Of a stretch of DNA of 64,000 nt, positions 57,420 through 64,000 are shown piece by piece. How positions within the stretch are numbered: the first letter of the stretch is position 1; every line of letters begins with the position of its first letter. Below the pieces are notes generated by a model, which saw only the letters and a program-made list of their open reading frames with translations, was not told the DNA's origin and ran no database searches. A program made the translations under genes and the position numbers. This DNA is from Candidatus Collierbacteria bacterium (lineage in GTDB: Bacteria; Patescibacteriota; Microgenomatia; UBA1400; MFAQ01), in assembly GCA_903884375.1 (NCBI GenBank), contig CAISER010000006.1, positions 1,080 through 65,079 of the forward strand, written 5' to 3'.

Positions 57420-57560
57420 ATGCAAATCTATTGTGTAAAATGTAGAGCCAAAAAAGAGGTTGCCGACTTCGAAAGAGTTACCATGAAAAATGGTAAACCA
57501 GCCGTTAAAGCTGTTTGTCCAACCTGTGGCACAAAAATGTTCAAAATCGGAGCAAAGTAA
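57420..57560 (+). CDS. Small zinc-ribbon protein (46 aa; CxxC...CxxC), not present in the ORF track
   Basis: ATG preceded by an AAGGGGGTG Shine-Dalgarno at -10; MQIYCVKCRAKKEVADFERVTMKNGKPAVKAVCPTCGTKMFKIGAK; followed by an intrinsic terminator. Confidence 0.6.
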   Translation: MQIYCVKCRAKKEVADFERVTMKNGKPAVKAVCPTCGTKMFKIGAK

Positions 57561-57568
57561 CCCGTCTT

Positions 57569-57604
57569 AAAACCCAAGTGAGAGAAATCAATCTTGGGTT
57601 TTTT
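57569..57604. terminator. Bidirectional intrinsic terminator
   Basis: AAAACCCAAG-n14-CTTGGGTTTTTT between convergent genes. Confidence 0.65.
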
Positions 57605-57617
57605 GTGGAAAAATAAA

Positions 57618-58310
57618 TTATTTCTTCTTGATATTCTTATACCAATTATTTAAAAGCGTTTTTACAATATCCTTTGAACCAAGCCCTAGACTTATTCCAA
57701 TACCAATTGAGAGAGCGGCTATAAAACCGGTAAAGGTGGTTTCAATAAAGAAACGAGCAATACCAAGCTGAGAAATAGAAGCAAGGACAAATACTGTCAT
57801 GGTGGCGTAGCTTACAATTTTCCCAACAAGGCGGGAAAGCGCCGGGTCTCCAGATCCAAGTGAGCCTTTGACCATTTTTTCTAAGAAACCGGCAATAAAG
57901 ACACCAACAACTAAAATAATAATGGCCGCAACTAGGGTGGGAATGCCAAGAATTATGGTATTTAAGAAATTACTGACCGAGGTTAACCCAAGAATATTAA
58001 TACTGGCAATGAAGAATAAAATAATGATTAACCAATAAATAATTTCAGCAATAATGATTTCGATTTTTTGGGTGATTTGAGCATTTTTCAAAAATTCCTT
58101 GACGGTAGAGTTTTTGATATGACCACCGAGTTTGGTTAAGTTGATTAATTTAACAGTGAGAGTTTTTAACCAACCGGCAAGAATTAAACCAACCAAAAAT
58201 AAAATAATGGCACCCAATAAACTAGGAATAAAACCGATTACGCCAACCAACATTTGGTTGAATGCATAGGAAAGAGAGTTTTCGAACGAGTAAACGAAAT
58301 TTGTATTCAT
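57618..58310 (-). CDS. Membrane protein with MscS-type conserved-TM-helix repeats
   Basis: 230 aa; four or five TM helices, repeated GxxxG-rich helices resembling the TM_helix repeats of small mechanosensitive channel-related proteins. Confidence 0.45.
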   Translation of the reverse strand: MNTNFVYSFENSLSYAFNQMLVGVIGFIPSLLGAIILFLVGLILAGWLKTLTVKLINLTKLGGHIKNSTVKEFLKNAQITQKIEIIIAEIIYWLIIILFFIASINILGLTSVSNFLNTIILGIPTLVAAIIILVVGVFIAGFLEKMVKGSLGSGDPALSRLVGKIVSYATMTVFVLASISQLGIARFFIETTFTGFIAALSIGIGISLGLGSKDIVKTLLNNWYKNIKKK

Positions 58311-58474
58311 AGAACTATCTTATAGAGAATATTCTATTAAGTCAACATGATGTACCAACAATGTTATGAGAACTTACTCTGTCTCCTTTCAATAACTGCT
58401 GATAGGGAAAAATTACTGTGAGCTCCCTCGTAAGTGCTCCAATAGTTGTTTATGTTATAGGATTGATACGGATT

Positions 58475-58483
58475 TGGTATAAT
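58475..58483 (+). promoter_or_regulatory. Extended -10 element TGGTATAAT of rnpB
   Basis: TGn-TATAAT lies 7 nt upstream of the predicted RNase P RNA 5' end. Confidence 0.45.
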
Positions 58484-58490
58484 ATACGTA

Positions 58491-58811
58491 CTCCCGGGTG
58501 CTAGTGAGGAACGCCCTTTCGTTCTCAAAGACGAAGGGGAGGAAAGTCCGGACAGCTAAAAGATAGGGTGACCGAGGAAACTCGGTTCTTCTCGAGGTGA
58601 CTCGAGAGGCGCGATAGGGCCACAGAGACGAACAAAGGTGAAACGCTCCAACGTTAGTTGGAGATTCTTTCAAAGAAACTTGAAGGAAGTGGTAACCCGC
58701 CCCGCTGCAATCGACGAATTGGGATTAAGGTATCTTTTCCGTCCCAGAAGTCTCGAGCATTAGATAGATGTTCCTCCTTGACAGAATCCGGCTTACAATG
58801 GCCCGGGGGTC
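58491..58811 (+). ncRNA. rnpB: RNase P RNA (bacterial type A-like, compact)
   Basis: P4 strands GAGGAAAGUCCGGAC and ACAGAAUCCGGCUUAC, a P3 hairpin, a GGUGAAA-containing region, UAGAUAGAUG...GACAGAA 3' domain, and P1 pairing CUCCCGGGU/GCCCGGGGG; ends approximate to about 10 nt. Confidence 0.8.
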
Positions 58812-58859
58812 CCGAAAGGGTACCTTATCGTAGGAAAAATTTTCTTCAAGGTGAATAAA

Positions 58860-59855
58860 CTAATTTATTTCCGGTATGTTGGTGGTTTTGTTTAGTTTTA
58901 CGTGTCCTAGAATTACTCTGGCAGACAAGACAACAGGAAGAGAAAGTACGGCAAGTAAAGGTCCTCCAAGTTTCAGACCAATCATGATAGCCAGAAGAGT
59001 AACGATTGGGTTTAGACCGGTAGCTTTTTGCATTATTTTGGGGACAATAAGGTTGTTTTCTAACTGCTGAACAATAATGGCAACAACTAAAGCACCTATT
59101 CCAACACCTGGAGACATAGAAAAACCAACAAGGACGGCGGGAATGGTGGCAATTGTTGGACCTACATTAGGAACTAATTCCAATAGACCGGCGATAACAC
59201 CCAAAGCTATGGCATAGGGAAGTCCAATAATGACATAACCAAGATAGCTCAATACTCCAACGATGATCATTAAAAGAACTTCTCCCCTTATCCAGTGTCC
59301 TATTTCAATCTCAAGTTTTTCCGTTATTTGATAATAACGGCTACCTTTTTCACCCCACCAAAAGGTAAAGTAATCTTTTAACTTATGCATTTCCATAATC
59401 ATGTAATAACTGAGAACAATTGTGGCAAAAACAGTGAGGAAGCCAGAAAAGGTGCCAATGGCAATTTTGAATACTTGATTAGGGACTTGGAACAGCTGGG
59501 TCGAAAAAGAATTAACATCAAATTTGATTGGACTAACCATTTCAACAAGAGCTGGAATTTTTTGAATAAATTGTTCTGTTTGATTAAATAATGGTGCCGC
59601 AACAGAAACAGCCAGTGTAATGATCAAACCAAAAAAAGTAAGAAGAATCACGATGGCGGAAATACCTCTTTTAATTTTATGTTTTTCAAACCAGTCAACA
59701 AGAGGACAGATGGCGAGTGTTATAAGGATAGATGAAAAAACCAAAGCAATAATATCCAGTAACTGAACGATACTAAAGACAACGGCGAGAGAAAATAATA
59801 CCCAGAAAATACTAGCAACGGAAAGGTCAAAAATGATGCGTCTTTTTTTAATCAT
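58860..59855 (-). CDS. AI-2E family transporter (PerM/UPF0118)
   Basis: 331 aa, 7-8 TM helices with the AI-2E topology. Confidence 0.65.
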   Translation of the reverse strand: MIKKRRIIFDLSVASIFWVLFSLAVVFSIVQLLDIIALVFSSILITLAICPLVDWFEKHKIKRGISAIVILLTFFGLIITLAVSVAAPLFNQTEQFIQKIPALVEMVSPIKFDVNSFSTQLFQVPNQVFKIAIGTFSGFLTVFATIVLSYYMIMEMHKLKDYFTFWWGEKGSRYYQITEKLEIEIGHWIRGEVLLMIIVGVLSYLGYVIIGLPYAIALGVIAGLLELVPNVGPTIATIPAVLVGFSMSPGVGIGALVVAIIVQQLENNLIVPKIMQKATGLNPIVTLLAIMIGLKLGGPLLAVLSLPVVLSARVILGHVKLNKTTNIPEIN

Positions 59856-59856
59856 T

Positions 59857-60777
59857 TTATTGATATATTTTTTTTAAATCTGTTACCACCGAATGAGTAT
59901 CAATACTTTTATCATACCAAACAATTCCCGGTTGTTTTTTAAACCAAACAATTTGTCTTCTCGCATAATCAATCTCTGCTTTTGTCCAGTCTTCAATTGT
60001 TTCTTTTTTTGTTTTTTTACCCTCTAATAGAGCAATTATTTGTGGAACACCCAGACTGGTATAAATTGGAAGATTATTGTTTGGAAAATTTATTAATAAT
60101 TGCTTTACCTCATCAATAGAACCTGCAGAAATTCTTTTTGCGACTCGTTGATGAATTTGTTTTTTGATTACGTCTATATCAGGAAGAATCCCAATCCAAT
60201 GGAAAATGGGTAAAGCCTCATTTTTCTTTGTGGAATTAGTGCCGCGATGAGAATATGCAGATATTTCTAAAGCACGAATAAGGCGACGAGGATTCATAAT
60301 ATCCGAATGATTAAGAGAAGAATACTTTTGAGGATTTTCTTTTTGGAGAAGATTTTGAAGTTTTTGTACGGATAGTTTTTCAATCTTTTGGCGAAGTTTT
60401 TGGTTTGGAGGAATAATAATATCGGAAAGGTTCTGAGTAATTGCCTTTAAATATAATCCCGTACCACCGACAATAATTAGAGGGGTGTTTGATTCTCTTG
60501 AGTCATTGATAATTTTTTGGGAGTAACGGACAAAATCGGCCAGATTAGATCTTTCGTCAGATTTAAATATATTGAGTCCAAAAAATTTTATTTTCGGAGA
60601 AAGATCGTCGGGAATATCTTTTCCGGTAATGATACCAAGATCTTGATATGCTTGTCTGGAATCACAAGAGAGAATGTTGGCTTTTGGTAACTCTTTAGCC
60701 AATTGAAGTGCAAAACTTGTTTTGCCTGAGGCGGTTGGTCCACAGATAATAAGAATGTGCTGTTTTCGTTTATTCAT
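59857..60777 (-). CDS. miaA: tRNA dimethylallyltransferase
   Basis: P-loop ICGPTASGKTS and IPT family core. Confidence 0.85.
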   Translation of the reverse strand: MNKRKQHILIICGPTASGKTSFALQLAKELPKANILSCDSRQAYQDLGIITGKDIPDDLSPKIKFFGLNIFKSDERSNLADFVRYSQKIINDSRESNTPLIIVGGTGLYLKAITQNLSDIIIPPNQKLRQKIEKLSVQKLQNLLQKENPQKYSSLNHSDIMNPRRLIRALEISAYSHRGTNSTKKNEALPIFHWIGILPDIDVIKKQIHQRVAKRISAGSIDEVKQLLINFPNNNLPIYTSLGVPQIIALLEGKKTKKETIEDWTKAEIDYARRQIVWFKKQPGIVWYDKSIDTHSVVTDLKKIYQ

Positions 60778-60780
60778 TAT

Positions 60781-61932
60781 TTAAGGAATTAAAGGTCTGT
60801 TTTTTAAATTATCTTTGTTGGTTATTTGATCTAGTATTTCCCAGCGTTGTTTTTTTATTTTGGCTGGAACATCGTCAGGATAAAGTCGTTGAGAGGCAGT
60901 GCCCGGACGTGGAGAGTATCTGGCAACAAAAGCTACTTTAAAATCAACTTGTTTGACTAAGTCCAAGGTATCTTCAAAATCTTTATCTGTCTCTCCCGGA
61001 AACCCGACAATAATATCGGTACCAAAAATGACATCGGGAACTTTGGCTTTGATTCTTTTAACAAGAGATAAATAGGTCTCTCTGGTATAACCACGATTCA
61101 TTAACTTTAAAATACGGTTACTGCCGGACTGAACTGGGAGATGAATAAAACGATCGATTTTAGAGTTTGTGGCGATTTCCTCAATCAACTCGTCCCAAAA
61201 ATCCCATGGGTTGCTAGTAAAAAAAGTAATTTTTTCAATTCCTTGAATTTGACTAATTTTTTGTAGAAGTAAGACAAATGGAGGTATCGATATTGGTTTT
61301 TGATATTGTGATTGGTTTGTAGGAATGGACTTTCCGGAAAAATTATTTTTGTCCATATAAAGTTTCCGAAGATTAATACCGGATTTTTCCAAACCATATG
61401 AATTTACATTTTGCCCTAATAGATTAATATTTTTATAACCATCTTTGACTAGTGAGTTAACTTCTTTAACGATATCTTCCATTGGACGTGATCTTTCACG
61501 ACCTCGAGAAAATGGAACAATACAATAGGTACAAAACGAATTGCAGCCAGTTGAGATTGGAACCCAAGCACTTACCTTGTCTTTTCTTATGGCCTTTTGA
61601 TTAAAACCTACTTCGGCAATTGGAAGAATTTCATCAATGTCGGGAAGAAGTTTCCTAATTTCTATTTCGTTGAAATGAAGCATACAACCCGTGAGAATCA
61701 CCTTGGGCTTGTTTTTTCCATGACATTCGATGAATTTATTTAAATTAACCAGGAAACCTCGAACGCGATCTTCGGCAGATTGTCTGACCGAACAGGTATT
61801 GAGAACTATTTCATCCGCATCTTGCCATTTTTGCGTTTCTTTGTAACCTCTAGCCAGGTAATCACCAAGGATTCTTTCGGAGTCAGATTTATTTGCCTGA
61901 CAACCAAATGTTTTGATGAAAACCGATGGCAT
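60781..61932 (-). CDS. miaB: MiaB-like tRNA methylthiotransferase (UPF0004 plus radical SAM) lacking a C-terminal TRAM domain
   Basis: N-terminal MTTase domain (IKTFGCQANKSDSE), radical SAM CNSFCTYC; protein ends about 25 aa after the radical SAM core. Confidence 0.75.
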   Translation of the reverse strand: MPSVFIKTFGCQANKSDSERILGDYLARGYKETQKWQDADEIVLNTCSVRQSAEDRVRGFLVNLNKFIECHGKNKPKVILTGCMLHFNEIEIRKLLPDIDEILPIAEVGFNQKAIRKDKVSAWVPISTGCNSFCTYCIVPFSRGRERSRPMEDIVKEVNSLVKDGYKNINLLGQNVNSYGLEKSGINLRKLYMDKNNFSGKSIPTNQSQYQKPISIPPFVLLLQKISQIQGIEKITFFTSNPWDFWDELIEEIATNSKIDRFIHLPVQSGSNRILKLMNRGYTRETYLSLVKRIKAKVPDVIFGTDIIVGFPGETDKDFEDTLDLVKQVDFKVAFVARYSPRPGTASQRLYPDDVPAKIKKQRWEILDQITNKDNLKNRPLIP

Positions 61933-62208
61933 TTACCAAACCTTCTTTTTTAATGGTTTGCCTACATGAAAATTGATGACTTTGTGGCCTTTTACCACTT
62001 GTCTTTTTCCTTCATTACCAAAAGGAACGACTTGCTTGTCATCGACTTTTCCAACATAAAAAGTACCGAAGCCGGAAATTACAACTTTTTCTCCTTTGCT
62101 AAGAGCCACAATTGACTCTTCAAAAAAAGTGTCCACCGTTTCTTTTACTGCCTTTTTGGTTAAATGTACCTTTTTGGATACAATCCCGATGAGAGTTTGT
62201 TTGGTCAT
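61933..62208 (-). CDS. hup: HU/IHF-family DNA-binding protein
   Basis: 91 aa; GFGTF beta-arm motif and basic arm RQVVKGHK. Confidence 0.85.
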   Translation of the reverse strand: MTKQTLIGIVSKKVHLTKKAVKETVDTFFEESIVALSKGEKVVISGFGTFYVGKVDDKQVVPFGNEGKRQVVKGHKVINFHVGKPLKKKVW

Positions 62209-62292
62209 ATTTTTTCACCCCCTTAAGGTGATTGGGCAGAAAGTAATAATTAATTTAGCTGATGATACCACCTAAAAGATAATTATTGCAAG

Positions 62293-63849
62293 TTAACTGG
62301 CAATTTCGGCTGCACGTGTTTCACGAATAACATTAACTTTGACTGTCCCAGGAAAAGTCATCGTTGAACGAATTTCATCACGAATGGCTTGAGCAAGAAT
62401 TGATAATTGATCATCACCAGCCTTACCAGGATTAACAATAACGCGGATTTCCCTACCGGCGGAAATAGCATAGGCTTCTTCAACTTCTGGATGTTTTTTG
62501 GCAATTTCTTCAAGTTGCTTAATGCGTTTCCCATATTCTTCAGTATTTTCATGACGTGCGCCAGGACGAGAGCCGGAGATAGCATCAGAGATATAAACAA
62601 GCATAGATTCAACAGAAGAAAACTCTTCATCCTCATGATGTTGAGCAACACAATCGATAACGTTTTGAGGGAGATTATATTTTTTTAGGAAGTTCACGCC
62701 CAGCTCGACATGATTACCTTCACCCTCGATCACCTTGCCGATATCGTGCAGAAGACAACCAAGTCGGATGGTGTCAATATTGGCACCTACTTCGTTTCCG
62801 AGTTTGATACCGATTCTGGTTTCTTCTAAGGTGTGACTTATCATGTTTTGGCCGTAGGAAGTTCGAAATTTAAAACGACCCAAAACAGCAATGACATCAC
62901 GAGGCATATTGTAGACACCAACGGCATGACAAAGTTTTTGACCTTCTTGGAACATTAATTGTTCCACATCACGTCTGGCTCTATCAAAATATTCTTCGAT
63001 ACGAGCAGGGTGGATACGACCGTCTTTGATTAACCGAATTAAAGTAACTCGAGCGATTTCACGTCTTATCGGATCAAAACTTGATAGTTTTACTTCGTCG
63101 GGAGCATCGTCCATGGAGACATCACATCCAGATACTTTTTCAAAGATACGAATATTACGCCCATCTTTACCAATAATACGTCCTTTTGTTTCTTCATCGG
63201 GTATTGGAACTGTAGAGATGGTGTACTCAGCGACATAATCAGTAGCTCCAGCTCTCATGGAATCAACAAGAATTTCTCTAGCGAGATCTTCGGCTTCATT
63301 TTTGGCTTTTTCTTCTGTTTCTTTGATGATTCTAGCGATTTCTTGAGATGAACCTTTTTCTACTTGAGTGAGTAATTCTTTTTTGGCTTGTTCGGTGGTT
63401 AGAGAAGCAATTTTTTCGAGTTTTTTAGCCATAGCAATTTCTTGCTCGACGATTTTGGCTTTCATCTCTTCAGCTTGTTTTTGTTGTGCCTCAAGAGATA
63501 ATTTTTCTTTATTTACTTGATCTTCAAGAGCTTGAAGTCCTTGCTGTTTTTGAACTAAAGCTTTGGCACGAACTTCGATATCTTCCAACTGAATACGGGC
63601 ATCTTTGATTGCCTGATCCTTAAGTTTAAAGGCTTCATCTTTGGCGGCAAGAATTATCTCTCTGGCTTGATTTTGTGCCTGAGCTTGAGCTTGTGCCATA
63701 ATAACGGCAGTGTCAACAGAGGGAGCAACTACCTTTGGTTCTTCTTTTTTGGCAGCTATAGGCTCAGAAGTGGCACTTTTTTTGGCAGACTGAACCTCGG
63801 CAGAGGTTGCTTTGAATAGATTTGTTTTAAATATTGATAGTAAAGACAT
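62293..63849 (-). CDS. rny: Ribonuclease Y
   Basis: 518 aa; coiled coil, KH domain (GRIIGKDGRNIR), HD domain (HDIGK...). Confidence 0.9.
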   Translation of the reverse strand: MSLLSIFKTNLFKATSAEVQSAKKSATSEPIAAKKEEPKVVAPSVDTAVIMAQAQAQAQNQAREIILAAKDEAFKLKDQAIKDARIQLEDIEVRAKALVQKQQGLQALEDQVNKEKLSLEAQQKQAEEMKAKIVEQEIAMAKKLEKIASLTTEQAKKELLTQVEKGSSQEIARIIKETEEKAKNEAEDLAREILVDSMRAGATDYVAEYTISTVPIPDEETKGRIIGKDGRNIRIFEKVSGCDVSMDDAPDEVKLSSFDPIRREIARVTLIRLIKDGRIHPARIEEYFDRARRDVEQLMFQEGQKLCHAVGVYNMPRDVIAVLGRFKFRTSYGQNMISHTLEETRIGIKLGNEVGANIDTIRLGCLLHDIGKVIEGEGNHVELGVNFLKKYNLPQNVIDCVAQHHEDEEFSSVESMLVYISDAISGSRPGARHENTEEYGKRIKQLEEIAKKHPEVEEAYAISAGREIRVIVNPGKAGDDQLSILAQAIRDEIRSTMTFPGTVKVNVIRETRAAEIAS

Positions 63850-64000
63850 TGGTTTAGATGCAAAATATTAAACCTAGTCTAAGAACCTGCCCGGAAATAT
63901 CGCAAAATCAGTCGTAAAATGACTGTGTTGAGTTTATTTTGGTATTGCTTATAGCGAACATTGCGTAATTTAAAGATAGACTTCTTAGATTAGTAACCAT

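Noticed and set aside
58455-58858. Two ORFs (72 aa minus, 66 aa plus) in the 58.4-58.9 kb gap
   Set aside because: Both overlap the region that folds as RNase P RNA, which has conserved P4 sequences. The RNA gene explains the locus, and the ORFs lack SD sequences.

Overview
This 64 kb window is AT-rich and densely coding, with mostly short, overlapping genes. The gene content looks like a reduced-genome Gram-positive-type bacterium, plausibly Patescibacteria/CPR, but that taxonomic call is inference from gene content only. Housekeeping genes recognised from motifs are secA, serS, greA, lon, dtd, proS (no editing domain), lgt, rarA, gltX, a short Rel/SpoT, a CCA-adding enzyme, secDF, miaA, a miaB-like gene, HU, RNase Y, nfo, a cyclophilin, an NrnA-like DHH phosphoesterase, two S11 D,D-carboxypeptidases, a LysM L,D-transpeptidase, a polysaccharide deacetylase and a ZIP transporter. 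Three RNA genes were found by eye: tRNA-Glu(CUC), tRNA-Gln(CUG) and an RNase P RNA. Each is preceded by a TGGTAnAAT extended -10 box, and the ORF track misses all three. The main accessory feature is a roughly 11 kb composite island next to tRNA-Gln. It is bounded by two 122-bp imperfect direct repeats; the first begins in the tRNA 3' end and the second carries a degenerate copy of the tRNA T-arm. Between the repeats is a minus-strand block encoding a second OmpR/histidine-kinase pair, two unrecognised secreted Cys-containing proteins and two tandem secreted metallophosphoesterases. Just outside the second repeat sit a large serine recombinase, a terminase-small-subunit-like HTH protein and a ParB-nuclease/DNA-methyltransferase fusion. 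The island's two-component system is a close paralog of a chromosomal one at 42241-43930 that is coupled to a MacA/MacB-type efflux module. Other points of interest: an 18-bp duplication of the tRNA-Glu 3' end beside a stand-alone DnaJ-type zinc-finger mini-protein; an SDR oxidoreductase with a Pro/Ser/Thr-rich tail translationally coupled to a DUF4258 toxin-like gene; an AbrB-like gene overlapping a wHTH-nucleotidyltransferase-like gene; an ATP-cone/Mrr-like nuclease fusion; a protein of three tandem topoisomerase-type zinc ribbons; a zinc-ribbon insertion in the CCA enzyme; a 46-aa zinc-ribbon ORF below the ORF-track cutoff; and a CIRCE-like palindrome in the lon leader. No CRISPR array and no rRNA were seen.
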